Assembly: GCA_963790475.1 (NCBI GenBank)
Contig: CAWBOS010000006.1
Location: forward strand, 480,001-544,000
Direction of reading: 5' to 3'
Source: an uncultured delta proteobacterium
GTDB taxonomy: Bacteria; Desulfobacterota; RBG-13-43-22
DNA length: 64,000 nt
Shown here one piece after another: positions 53,192-62,870 of the stretch (position 1 is the stretch's first letter; each line of letters opens with the position of its first letter). The translations under genes were made by a program, and so were the position numbers. The notes under the pieces are model-generated. The model was given only the letters and a program-made list of their open reading frames with translations, searched no databases and was not told the DNA's origin.

Positions 53192-53518
53192 ATGGCCAAG
53201 CCATTTGTTCATTCCCTCAATGAAGAGTTTAGAAGCATCTCGGGCTGGTACCAACTTTATAAGGAGGAGATCTTCGAGCACGACGGGAACCGGATTCTTT
53301 TTCTCCTGGGGGAAGGAGAGGCGGACTCCGCCTGCTGCGGTAGTGGCGGGTGCCGGTACGCCTTAGTCCCCGGAGCGGTCGTTGACTGGAAGAGTTCTAA
53401 AGATGAGGAAGGAAGGCCTATATCCCTGGTCGAGCCGATTGAAGATCCATTGATCAGGGAAGAAGTGCGGCGGCACATCATAAAAACCGAAGGGATATCT
53501 CAAGTACAATTCTGGTAA
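53192..53518 (+). CDS. hypothetical protein
   Basis: DSACCGSGGC Cys motif; co-oriented with the thiolase. Confidence 0.7.
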   Translation: MAKPFVHSLNEEFRSISGWYQLYKEEIFEHDGNRILFLLGEGEADSACCGSGGCRYALVPGAVVDWKSSKDEEGRPISLVEPIEDPLIREEVRRHIIKTEGISQVQFW

Positions 53519-53663
53519 CAAGAAGTAAATAATTGAGCGCTGTTCCTATTTTCGTATAATAGATTCAAAATAAAACTAAAATCTCGCATTACCCCAATAA
53601 CCCAATAGAAATCAAATTTTCCCGAGTCTCTTTCGACCCGACAGAGCAGGAAAGGATATCGAT

Positions 53664-54419
53664 ATGACAGACTGGCTTATCGCCTTTGGGAAATTATTTT
53701 TAGTAATCGGGTTGTCTTTATTGGGCATGTTATTGGTCAGAAGAAACGTCGCATTTTCTACTTTGGAAAGCCATAACGATGTGGCCGGATTTGTCTTTGC
53801 TGTGGTGGGAGTTATCTATGCCGTTCTGATGGCCTTTATGGTTCTTGTGGTTTATGAACAATTTCAAATAACAGAGACCAGGATCCAAAAAGAGGCCTCC
53901 GCTTTAGGTGATTTGTACCGGGTCTCGGCAAGTCTTCGGGAGCCGACCCGAAGCGAAGTAATGGTGATATTGAAAGCGTACGCCCGGACCATGATCGAAA
54001 AAGAATTTCCTGAAATGGAAAAAGGAAAATTCCATGAAGAACTAAAAATCCAACACGACAAACTCTGGAACCTTTTCTATAAGTATAAACCTAAAGACGA
54101 GAGGGATAGGATCTGGTTCGATCACGCCTTGTCCACCTTTATTGGTTTCGCCGATGCCAAAAGGGATCGCATGGCCAGTGTCAAACAATCATTACCCTCC
54201 TTTATGTGGTTTGTTTTATACGCCGGCGGCTTTATTACTATTGTCTACAGCTATTTTTTCGGGACAAAAAATGTTTGGGCCCAGGCAATGATTGTTATAT
54301 TTTTAGCCGGATCGGTCACCCTGGTTCTCTTGCTGATTTCAGTCTTAGAGCACCCTTTTGCCGGGATTATCCGGGTCAGCCCGGAACCTTTTGAGCTCTT
54401 TTGGGGCTATTTTAAATAA
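53664..54419 (+). CDS. DUF4239 / bestrophin-like membrane protein
   Basis: HNDVAG..GVIYAVL.AF, EA..L, LEHPFAG..VSPEPF. Confidence 0.8.
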   Translation: MTDWLIAFGKLFLVIGLSLLGMLLVRRNVAFSTLESHNDVAGFVFAVVGVIYAVLMAFMVLVVYEQFQITETRIQKEASALGDLYRVSASLREPTRSEVMVILKAYARTMIEKEFPEMEKGKFHEELKIQHDKLWNLFYKYKPKDERDRIWFDHALSTFIGFADAKRDRMASVKQSLPSFMWFVLYAGGFITIVYSYFFGTKNVWAQAMIVIFLAGSVTLVLLLISVLEHPFAGIIRVSPEPFELFWGYFK

Positions 54420-54450
54420 TTTGGGATCTCCTCCAAAGAGTTGGCGATGA

Positions 54451-54579
54451 TTGAAGGATTAAAACTCCCTGCACCAAGGTGCAGGGAATCTTTCAGATAA
54501 GGCAAATGTCTATTATCGTAAGTTCACTCGCTAACCCACTCAGCAATCTGTAGGGCTTGCGCTTGCTATCCCTGTTCAA
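54451..54579. mobile_element. non-autonomous IS200/IS605-like miniature element
   Basis: Hairpin TCCCTGCACCAAGGTGCAGGGA, a second degenerate hairpin, and a TTCAA end. Confidence 0.5.
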
Positions 54580-54728
54580 GGATTCAAGTGAAAGCCCCAA
54601 AAACTGTCCAATCCATCACGTCCACCCGAAAGCGGGTGGCTGGTCAGCACCTCTCGGCGATCTCAGTAAACAATTTGGTGCCGTTCCTGTTTTCCTCAAG
54701 AAATAAAATAATCGGGGGTAAAGAACGC

Positions 54729-55274
54729 ATGAAGAAAAGTTCACCGCTTGAAATATACAAGGAGTTATTGAAAGACCAGACCGTTGCCCTGGTCATGGAG
54801 CACGAGTTACCCGGTGTCACCCCGGGGATGATCGATTGGTGGTGGGACAACATCGAAAATGAATCTTACAAGTTATGGCATCCGCAGGAACATCACGGTT
54901 TTGAATGGCAGATTCCCCCAAAGATGGTGGGGCATGCCGGCGCTATTCACATGGCCTGTGAGGGTATAGGGGCTATCCCCGCTCATATCCTGCGTATCCG
55001 GTGGGAGGAGCCGGAAGCGGCTCTTAACAAAACCATCTACAGCCATGTGAATGTCGCCAGTCCGCTCAGCCCCGGGCCGGAGGATATTCCTACGGCCTGT
55101 GTTGTTCATGAGTACGAGGCGACTGCCCAGGGAAGTCGAATGCGTTCGACCTTCACCTTGCCCGCGATTGTTCCTCAACCGTTTCTGGATGAATTGCGAA
55201 AGCACAATTTGGCCGAAATGGGACAACTGCCTGTTTTTTTACCGCGATTATATAAGGAAAAAACCGGCCAATAG
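54729..55274 (+). CDS. PhlG/DAPG hydrolase-like protein
   Basis: PGVTPGMIDWWW, YKLWHP..H, MRS.F, H...EM..L..FLP.LY. Confidence 0.8.
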   Translation: MKKSSPLEIYKELLKDQTVALVMEHELPGVTPGMIDWWWDNIENESYKLWHPQEHHGFEWQIPPKMVGHAGAIHMACEGIGAIPAHILRIRWEEPEAALNKTIYSHVNVASPLSPGPEDIPTACVVHEYEATAQGSRMRSTFTLPAIVPQPFLDELRKHNLAEMGQLPVFLPRLYKEKTGQ

Positions 55275-55419
55275 CCGCTTAAGTCAGAGGGGACGCTGTT
55301 TGCGGTGACAACACCGAGGAGAACACAGGGCCTAGGTCTAGAGGGTTTGGGGGCAATTTGCTTTTGACTCTTGAGGAAAATAGGTAAGGATCAAGGGTCG
55401 GAAGGAAAAGGAGAGCAGA

Positions 55420-55755
55420 ATGAAAAACATCGCTACCGCACTTAAACAACTGGTCTCCAACTTCGCCGCCAACCATCGGCAATTGACAGAAGAAATAACG
55501 ACCTTAAAACTAAGTGAATCCCAATGGACTTTAAAGGAAATTATTGGTCACTTAATTGATTCGGCCTCCAATAATCACCAGCGAATTACCCGATTACAAC
55601 TTGTTGAAGAATTGCATTTCCCATCTTATGAAAATGAAAAATGGTTGGAAATGGAAAAATGGAATCTGCACCGGTGGGACGAAATTTTGAATTTATTTGA
55701 ATATTATAATCTTTACTTGGCAGATCTTATTAAGCCTGCCAGCTTTCCCGATTGA
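55420..55755 (+). pseudogene. DinB-family protein, C-terminally truncated
   Basis: WTLKEIIGHLIDSASNNHQR; C-terminal His motif missing; overlaps the convergent gene. Confidence 0.7.
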
Positions 55756-56473
55756 GGACTTGACCATTAGAGGGGCCGGACTTTTTCCCTTGGATCTTCC
55801 AGCTTAGGAATCGTCCGACGAAACTTCCCATCTGCAAAATGGAAAGAGGTTTGGTTACCACTTCAGCCTTGCCTTGGCGGATGGCCGAAAAAATCGATTC
55901 CATGTCCTTGGGGGCCTCGATAAGGGAAAAAGTGGTCCCCAATTGCTCTAAGAAATGGGCGTCGGAATTTCCCAACAAGGGCAGACCGGAAGATCGGGCC
56001 AATTCCAGGACCCGCCGATTGAAATTCAAATGGGGGGAATAAAAATGGCTATATTCCAGGGCATGGAAAAATTCCAGGTTGGCCTGTAAATAGCCGTTTA
56101 GAGAACACAGCCCCGGGAAATAGGGATGGGGGGCAATCACCAGACGATCAGGCCTATTCAGGACCGCCAGGGAAGGAAAAGAAGGATAAGTGCTGTTCCC
56201 CGGAGGGTTGAGGATCAGGACATGACGGTTTTGAATAGTGGTTTCAATGCCGGGGATGAGCAGAATGTTCATGTCCCGGGCCAAAGAAAAAAGGTCTCGG
56301 TTGAAGGTCCGGCAATGATGATTAGTGATAGCCAAAACTTCAAAGCCCTCATCAGCCGCCTTAAGAATCAACTCTTGAGCCGTATAATGAATCCTATCCA
56401 GGGGGTCTTCAGCGGTATGGACATGAAAATCGGCCTTAAGGGGTTTAGGATTTAACAGCATATTTTTAATCAT
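55730..56473 (-). CDS. PHP domain protein
   Basis: DFHVHT, AITNH, PGIE, APHPY, GNSDAH. Confidence 0.92.
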   Translation of the reverse strand: MIKNMLLNPKPLKADFHVHTAEDPLDRIHYTAQELILKAADEGFEVLAITNHHCRTFNRDLFSLARDMNILLIPGIETTIQNRHVLILNPPGNSTYPSFPSLAVLNRPDRLVIAPHPYFPGLCSLNGYLQANLEFFHALEYSHFYSPHLNFNRRVLELARSSGLPLLGNSDAHFLEQLGTTFSLIEAPKDMESIFSAIRQGKAEVVTKPLSILQMGSFVGRFLSWKIQGKKSGPSNGQVLNRESWQA

Positions 56474-56649
56474 AATCAGATTTCCTATTCTTTATACCTT
56501 GGATTGGAGAGTTTTTCAGGTTTTATAAGTCCGGGTAGCGGATTGATCAGACCTCATAGACCCCCTCCCAATGGGGAATGGCTCTTTTTGATCACAACCC
56601 TTTTGACGTCTTACTATAGATTAGGTTAATTAAAAAGTATTTTCTCAGA

Positions 56650-56790
56650 GCGTTTAATGGGAAAAGGATTAGGTTATGTGGACGTTCATCTTCTCGTCTC
56701 CGCTGCATTGACAGGCGTATTGATCTGGACTCTTGATAAGAAGCTGTTGCAAACTGCGGATAACCTGCATTTAAAATATTCCCTTGAAAA
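56650..56790 (+). pseudogene. VapC/PIN toxin C-terminal remnant
   Basis: RLMGKGLGYVDVHLLVSA..IWTLDKKL. Confidence 0.7.
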
Positions 56791-57006
56791 TTAGCCGGTT
56801 ATATTCTATAATTTCTTCCAGTTTAAATCTTTCAAATACCCTTCCTTACGATCTTGAGGAGATTCATGGCCCAGTTCCATATCTCAAAAGATCCATTGGG
56901 GCAACGAAGCCTTGCCTTTGCTTATACCCCAATACCATTGCCTAAAATAAAAATCCCCTTGGTCATCGTTATCATCAAAAAGAAAATTACTGGTTTTTCC
57001 CTATAA
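56783..57006 (+). repeat. promoter + RBS + decayed short ORF repeat, copy A
   Basis: TTGAAA-17-TATAAT; AGGAGATTCATGGCCCAG; similar to 57885-58149. Confidence 0.75.
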
Positions 57007-57186
57007 AGAGGGCATTCTGGAAAAGGTTTCAAAGGTTTTGGGAAATAATAACATTCCAGAAGACTCTGATCTAAAAAACCGTTGCTTTGAAAGTAAAAAC
57101 GATATTTGATTCTGAGCTTGACATCCCAGATAAATGTAATTACAATAATTACAAAACAACTTGGCAAAATATAAGGAGCAAAACCC

Positions 57187-57459
57187 ATGGAAAGTCAAAT
57201 ACGAGCAAGAGATGTTAAGCTGGTCCCTATTGGAAATTCTAAAGGAGTTCGAATACCTAAGGCGCTCCTTCAAAAATATGGCCTAAAAAATTCTCTTTTG
57301 ATAGAAGAAACAGACAGGGGACTGCTTCTCCGGAATAAAGAAGAAAGCAAGCTTTCCTGGGAAGATACGTATAAAGCCATGGCTAATGAAAAGGAACATT
57401 GGGACGATTTTGACACAACATTGCTTGACGGTCTGGAGGATGAGAACTTTGAATATTAA
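57187..57459 (+). CDS. AbrB/MazE-type antitoxin
   Basis: IGNSKGVRIPK. Confidence 0.92.
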   Translation: MESQIRARDVKLVPIGNSKGVRIPKALLQKYGLKNSLLIEETDRGLLLRNKEESKLSWEDTYKAMANEKEHWDDFDTTLLDGLEDENFEY

Positions 57460-57775
57460 AAGGTACGAAATATATTTTGCTGATCTCAACCCCGCCATAG
57501 GAAGCGAAATAAGAAAAGTGCGTCCCGTCATCATAATTAGCCAAGACGAAATGAATAACTACTTGGAAACTGTTGTTGTTTGTCCCTTAACTTCAAAATT
57601 ACACCCGCAATGGAGGACCCGACTTCAGATTAAATGCGCGAATAAAAATGCTGAAATTGCCGTTGACCAAATCCGCACCATTAGCAAGCAAAGATTGCAA
57701 AATAAAATTGACAAATTATCCGATATCAAAATCTCTCAATTACGAAAGCTCATAACTGACATGTACGGTGAATAA
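57440..57775 (+). CDS. PemK/MazF toxin
   Basis: DLNPAIGSEIRKVRP, CPLTS, DQIRTISKQRL. Confidence 0.93.
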   Translation: MRTLNIKRYEIYFADLNPAIGSEIRKVRPVIIISQDEMNNYLETVVVCPLTSKLHPQWRTRLQIKCANKNAEIAVDQIRTISKQRLQNKIDKLSDIKISQLRKLITDMYGE

Positions 57776-57884
57776 TCATTCGTTTCACAAGATTCCTGCC
57801 AGTAATTGCCCCTTTGGGTAAGTCTCATCGTTCAATGCGGCATTCCAAGATTGTCAATATCAAGTTTGGTATTCTTAGAGAATT

Positions 57885-58149
57885 CTTGACCAATTAGTCA
57901 GTTATGTTATACTAATTCCTATCAGTTTTTATCCTACAAACCCTCTTCCTCGAGATCTTAAGGAGATTCATGGCCCAGATCCATATCTCAGAAGATCCAA
58001 TCAGGCAACGAAGTGTTGCCTTCGTCTATGATCCTCCATTAGTAACCGAGATCAAAACTAACCACGCTCATCAGTGTGAACCAATGGGAAAATTCTGGAG
58101 ATTGCCGGACGCCAATGGTATATTGTTATCAAAAAATTTTAGGAGATAA
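57885..58149 (+). repeat. promoter + RBS + 59-aa ORF repeat, copy B
   Basis: TTGACC-16-TATACT; AGGAGATTCATGGCCCAG; ORF 57970-58149. Confidence 0.75.
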
Positions 58150-58380
58150 TTGGAAATGGAAATCGCTAACAGAATTATTGTTGATGAAAAAATTAGATTT
58201 GGAAAACCTGTAATAAAGGGGACCCGGGTTCCCGTGGATTTGGTTATAGGTAAATTGGCTGGCGGGTTATCCTATGAAGAGGTCATAGCGGAGTATGAAA
58301 TAACAAAAGAAGATATCCTGGCCGCGTTGGATTATGCAGCAAAACACCGCTCGGATGAAGAAGTCAGGGCCGTAGCTTAA
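58150..58380 (+). CDS. DUF433 protein (no cognate toxin seen)
   Basis: FGKPVIKGTRVPV..DILAALDYA. Confidence 0.9.
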   Translation: MEMEIANRIIVDEKIRFGKPVIKGTRVPVDLVIGKLAGGLSYEEVIAEYEITKEDILAALDYAAKHRSDEEVRAVA

Positions 58381-58418
58381 GATGCCTAAATGCAGGTCTT
58401 TAAGTAAAAGGGAGAAAA

Positions 58419-58601
58419 TTGATGAATATAGCAAAAGAAGAGGCAAAAAAGCTAATTGACAAATTGCCTGATCAAGCAAATTGGGACGACATAATGTATG
58501 AGTTCTATGTTAGAAAAAAATTGGAAGTTGCCTTAAAAGCAGCCGAAGAAGGACGGGTTGTGCCTCATGAGGAAGTTAAAAAAAGGTTCTCTGGATCATG
58601 A
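58419..58601 (+). CDS. putative antitoxin
   Basis: LIDKLPD..WDDIMY..EGRVVPHEEVKKR; ATGA overlap with the toxin. Confidence 0.85.
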   Translation: MMNIAKEEAKKLIDKLPDQANWDDIMYEFYVRKKLEVALKAAEEGRVVPHEEVKKRFSGS

Positions 58602-58909
58602 CAATAGAATGGACAGAACCGGCAGTAGATGATCTGGGTAGTATTAGGGAATATATTGGAAGGGACTCTGAATATTATGCTGCACGGTTTATCGAAAGAA
58701 TTATAGAAGCAGTCGAAAGGCTGGAATTTTTCCCGGAAATGGGAAGAAGAGTTCCGGAAGCAGCGGAAGAAGAGAACGTTCGAGAACTTTTATTCCAGAA
58801 TTATCGCATTATGTATCGTCCGGAGTCTCAACGTATTTTAATCCTTACCATCATCCATGCGGCAAGAGATATTTCCCAAAAAGAACCAAAACCTTGGGAC
58901 TTCACCTGA
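58598..58909 (+). CDS. RelE/ParE family toxin
   Basis: WTEPAVDDL..I.EYI..DS, FPEMGRRVPE, YRIMY, IIHAARD. Confidence 0.92.
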   Translation: MTIEWTEPAVDDLGSIREYIGRDSEYYAARFIERIIEAVERLEFFPEMGRRVPEAAEEENVRELLFQNYRIMYRPESQRILILTIIHAARDISQKEPKPWDFT

Positions 58910-59031
58910 CAAGTCAGGATCGTAGCTTAAGATGCCTAAATGGTCTGTCCAAACCCGCAAAAAGGGGTATGGAATAAATTGATTACCAGGATGGGACATC
59001 GTCGCTCATGAACTGGATGGAATAAAGAATC

Positions 59032-62000
59032 ATGCTAGAAAACCTGATAGAGCGTTACTTGACCGACATAGGGTATGTCCGAGGCACAAGGTCGAATGTG
59101 CCGGAGACTTCGTTCTATCCGGCATTGGAACGGCTGCTCACTGACATCGGGAAGACCCTTTCCCCCAAGGTCCGTTGCGTCATTAACCTGGCCAACCGAG
59201 GCGCCGGGATTCCTGACGGCGGCCTGTTCTCAGCCGATCAGTTTCGCCGCAAAGCACTCGATACGGATGCCAAGGAGAATCCTTTCCTGATTCAGAACCC
59301 GTCTCGCGGTGTGATCGAAGCCAAGCCTCCGTCAGAAGATATCCTGCGGGTGGCCGGAACAAAGCAGATGGAGCGATATTGGAAGCGGTACGGCATGGTG
59401 CTCGTGACCAACTTTCGCGCCTTCGTCCTCATTGGGAAAGGCACAACGGGACAGCCTTGCATTCTGGAATCCTTCACTCTGGCCGAGTCCGAGAGCGAAT
59501 TCTGGCGTCTGACGGCCCATCCTCGCCAGGCGGCCACCGAGCATGGCGAACGCATGCAGGAATATCTGAAGCGTGTGCTGCTACATAATGCACCGCTGGT
59601 CTCTCCGCAAGACGTGGCCGGCATTCTCGCCTCCTATGCCCATGACGCACGCCTTCGCATCGAACAGGCAGATCTCCCGGCCCTGGCCAGCCTTAGGCAG
59701 GCACTGGAAGACTCCCTTGGCCTGCATTTCGAGGGCGAAAAAGGCGAGCATTTCTTTCGTTCCACCCTCATTCAAACTCTCTTCTACGGCGTTTTCTCGG
59801 CTTGGGTTTTGTGGGCGCGTAGGCACGACGCTAAGCCCAAGGAAACAACGGGATTTGCTGACGCCCTCCGCGAGACTGCGGCACCATATTCCGTCGTCGG
59901 CGGGTTCGAGTGGCGCTCCGCCCACTATCTCTTGCGCGTTCCCATGCTCCGCGCCCTTTTCGTGCAGGTCGCTGACCCAGCCCGTCTCGGTGCCTTGGGC
60001 CTGATCGAAGTTCTTGACTGGACCGCCGCCGCTTTGAATCGCGTGGACCACGCCGAGTTCTTCAAATCCTTCGACGAGGGGCACGCCGTCCAGTACTTCT
60101 ACGAACCCTTCTTGCACGCCTTCGACCCCGAATTGCGCAAGGAACTCGGTGTTTGGTACACCCCTGAGGAGATCGTTCGTTACCAGGTCGAGCGCGTGGA
60201 TGCTGTCCTCCGTTCCGAACTCGGTCTCGCTGATGGACTCGCGGACCCGACGGTGGTCGTCCTCGATCCCTGTTGCGGAACCGGCGCCTACCTGCGGGCC
60301 GTACTCCGGCGTATCGCGGTCACCCTACATGACAAGGGCGGCGACGCTCTGATCGCCAACGATCTCAAGAAAGCCGCTATGGAGCGCGTCTTCGGGTTTG
60401 AGATTCTGCCCGCGCCGTTCGTCATTGCACATCTCCAACTCGGTCTGGAACTGGAAAAACTCGGTGCGCCTTTGAGCGACCGCAGCGATCCGCCTGAACG
60501 CGCCGGGGTTTATCTGACCAACGCCCTTACCGGTTGGGAACCCCCAAAGGGAAAACCGATACAGATTGCCTTCCCCGGTTTCGACGAGGAACGTGATGCC
60601 GCGGGCAAGGTGAAGCAGGAAAGGCCCATCCTCGTTATCCTCGGGAATCCGCCCTACAACGCCTTCTCCGGCGTCAGTCCGGAGGAGGAGGACGGACTGG
60701 TCGAGCCCTATAAAAAAGGCCTCATCTCCGAGTGGGGCATCAAGAAGTTCAACCTCGACGACCTCTATATCCGCTTCTTCCGCCTTGCCGAAAAACGTAT
60801 CGCCGAGCACGGAGGCCGAGGCGTGGTATCGTTCATCTCCAATTTTTCATATTTGGGTGACCCCTCGTTCGTGGTAGCGCGCCGTAGGTTCCTTGATGAA
60901 TTCGATGCCATCTGGCTGGACTGCATGAATGGAGACAGCCGCGAGACCGGCAAACTGACGCCCGAGGGCAAGCCCGATCCATCGGTGTTTTCTACGGAAT
61001 GGAACCACGCTGGCATCCGCGTTGGCACTGCTATCGGTCTGTTCGTGAAACGAAGCCGTGCTCGGAAAAACGAGACCTCCACTCGTTTTCGCCATTTCTG
61101 GGGCACAACGAAACGAGCCGATCTCCTCACCAGCCTCGATACACAAAATTTTGACACACAATACGAGATTTCTAACCCTCAGGAAGACAACCGCTGGAGT
61201 TTCCGACCGGCGGATGTCACAAGCGCTTATCGCGGATGGCCGACAATAACGGAGTTATGCGCCATAGTGCCCTACAATGGACCAGTGGAGCGCAGGGGTT
61301 TCGCATTGATTTCTATGGGCAGGGACTCGCTTATGGATCGCATCTCAGCCTATTTCGATCCCACCGTTTCTGATGACGAGATTAAGAACATCCATCCGTC
61401 TCTGATGATGACTGGCAACCGAATCGTTGGCCCTGAGGCTAGGAAGAAAGTCCTGAGCGAGTTTCGATACGACGAATCTCGAATCGTCCGGTATCCGTTC
61501 AAACCCTTTGATGTGCGTTGGTGTTATCTGGAGAATCTGCGCCCCTTGTTCAGCGAACCGAGTCCGCAGCTACTGAATCAGAGATTTCCGGGGAACGCAT
61601 TTTTTCTTACCCGTGACACCGCCGACAAGGTTCAGGAAGGCCCTCCATTCTTCTTTTCCCCTGTTGTGTGCGACTACGACTGCATATCCGGTCATGCACG
61701 CCATTTTCCGCTTCTCCTCAAGGTGGGGGTGCCCCGCCGAGCAGGCCACCATGCATCTGGCAACCAGATTTTTCCTGGCATGGAAACCGAATTGAAAAAG
61801 ATCACGGCCAACCTCTCCCCCTCCGCCCGCCAATATCTGGCATCTCTCAAACTGCCCGAACCGGACACTGATCAGGTAACCGCCGAGCTTATCTGGCATC
61901 ACGCCTTGGCAATCGGTTACTCACCTGCCTATCTTGCTGAGAACGCGGACGGCATCCGCCAGGACTGGCCGCGGGTTCCGCTTCCGAAAACTAAAGATTT

Positions 62001-62514
62001 GATTCTCGCCTCCGCATCCCTCGGACGACAGGTAGCGTCATTGCTGGACACAGAAACCCCTGTCCCTGGCGTTACTGCCGGGAAGATTCGGGACGAACTG
62101 AAGAGCATCGCCGTATTTCAGCGTGTTGACGGAAAACCAGCGAAACCTGAAGCTGGAGACCTTGACCTCAACGCAGGCTGGGGCCATTCGGGCAAGGGCG
62201 GCATCACCATGCCCGGCAAAGGGAAGCTCATCCACCGGGATGATGGGGCATATGACATTTTCCTAAACGAAGTTGCCTGCTGGCGAAACGTACCCGAAAC
62301 GGTGTGGGAGTACACCATCGGCGGCTACCAGGTCATCAAGAAATGGCTGTCGTACCGTGAGATGCCACTCCTTGGCCGTGGCCTGACGCCTGACGAAGTC
62401 CGTTATGTCACAGAAATGGCTCGCAGGCTATCGGCTCTGATTGCCTTGAAGACATCCTTGGATGCGAACTATCGGGAAGTGATTAAGACGACTTATCCAT
62501 GGACAAACCAATAG
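59032..62514 (+). CDS. single-chain restriction-modification enzyme: PD-(D/E)xK + N6-adenine MTase + Type ISP-like C-terminal domain, no helicase
   Basis: PDGG..IEAK, GVWYTP, DPCCGTG, GNPPY, Y.PFD, VWEYTIGGYQVIKKWLSYR. Confidence 0.88.
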   Translation: MLENLIERYLTDIGYVRGTRSNVPETSFYPALERLLTDIGKTLSPKVRCVINLANRGAGIPDGGLFSADQFRRKALDTDAKENPFLIQNPSRGVIEAKPPSEDILRVAGTKQMERYWKRYGMVLVTNFRAFVLIGKGTTGQPCILESFTLAESESEFWRLTAHPRQAATEHGERMQEYLKRVLLHNAPLVSPQDVAGILASYAHDARLRIEQADLPALASLRQALEDSLGLHFEGEKGEHFFRSTLIQTLFYGVFSAWVLWARRHDAKPKETTGFADALRETAAPYSVVGGFEWRSAHYLLRVPMLRALFVQVADPARLGALGLIEVLDWTAAALNRVDHAEFFKSFDEGHAVQYFYEPFLHAFDPELRKELGVWYTPEEIVRYQVERVDAVLRSELGLADGLADPTVVVLDPCCGTGAYLRAVLRRIAVTLHDKGGDALIANDLKKAAMERVFGFEILPAPFVIAHLQLGLELEKLGAPLSDRSDPPERAGVYLTNALTGWEPPKGKPIQIAFPGFDEERDAAGKVKQERPILVILGNPPYNAFSGVSPEEEDGLVEPYKKGLISEWGIKKFNLDDLYIRFFRLAEKRIAEHGGRGVVSFISNFSYLGDPSFVVARRRFLDEFDAIWLDCMNGDSRETGKLTPEGKPDPSVFSTEWNHAGIRVGTAIGLFVKRSRARKNETSTRFRHFWGTTKRADLLTSLDTQNFDTQYEISNPQEDNRWSFRPADVTSAYRGWPTITELCAIVPYNGPVERRGFALISMGRDSLMDRISAYFDPTVSDDEIKNIHPSLMMTGNRIVGPEARKKVLSEFRYDESRIVRYPFKPFDVRWCYLENLRPLFSEPSPQLLNQRFPGNAFFLTRDTADKVQEGPPFFFSPVVCDYDCISGHARHFPLLLKVGVPRRAGHHASGNQIFPGMETELKKITANLSPSARQYLASLKLPEPDTDQVTAELIWHHALAIGYSPAYLAENADGIRQDWPRVPLPKTKDLILASASLGRQVASLLDTETPVPGVTAGKIRDELKSIAVFQRVDGKPAKPEAGDLDLNAGWGHSGKGGITMPGKGKLIHRDDGAYDIFLNEVACWRNVPETVWEYTIGGYQVIKKWLSYREMPLLGRGLTPDEVRYVTEMARRLSALIALKTSLDANYREVIKTTYPWTNQ

Positions 62515-62559
62515 GAATTGGAAACGACCCCATCGAACCCTACGCAAAAATAAACGAGG

Positions 62560-62786
62560 GTCGGATCACTCAGAAGCTATTTTCCTGGATAACGCGCATT
62601 GCCTGTTACGCCAATAGCATGACTGCATGGGGAGTATCTCCCGTATTTAACGAGACTTCCTTCGGACGAACTCCTCGCAGTTTCGCCCTTGCCTTTGGCT
62701 CGTTTGTATGTCAATGTTTTTTACATCGACAGGATTCACGTACAGGGGACTTACACCCCATAAGGGCAAGCCCATGCCAAGCGTAC
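62560..62786 (-). ncRNA. 5' fragment (domain I) of a group IIC intron; no RT ORF
   Basis: Minus strand GTACGCTTGGCATGGGC..GGGGTGTAAGTCCCCT..GCAAGGGCG..CGAAGGAAGTC follows the class C 5' pattern; left boundary approximate. Confidence 0.75.
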
Positions 62787-62870
62787 ATACGAGCATAGAG
62801 AGGGCACAAATGGGGGTTCGTACCGTTTAACCTCTTCGCTAAATGGATACCAGGAAGGAGGGCCGTATTC

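Larger units (their letters stand above)
58361..58942 (+). repeat. 32-bp direct repeats (58361-58392, 58911-58942) flanking a TA pair
   Basis: AAGTCAGG(GC/AT)CGTAGCTTAAGATGCCTAAATG, 30/32 identical, period 550 bp. Confidence 0.85.
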
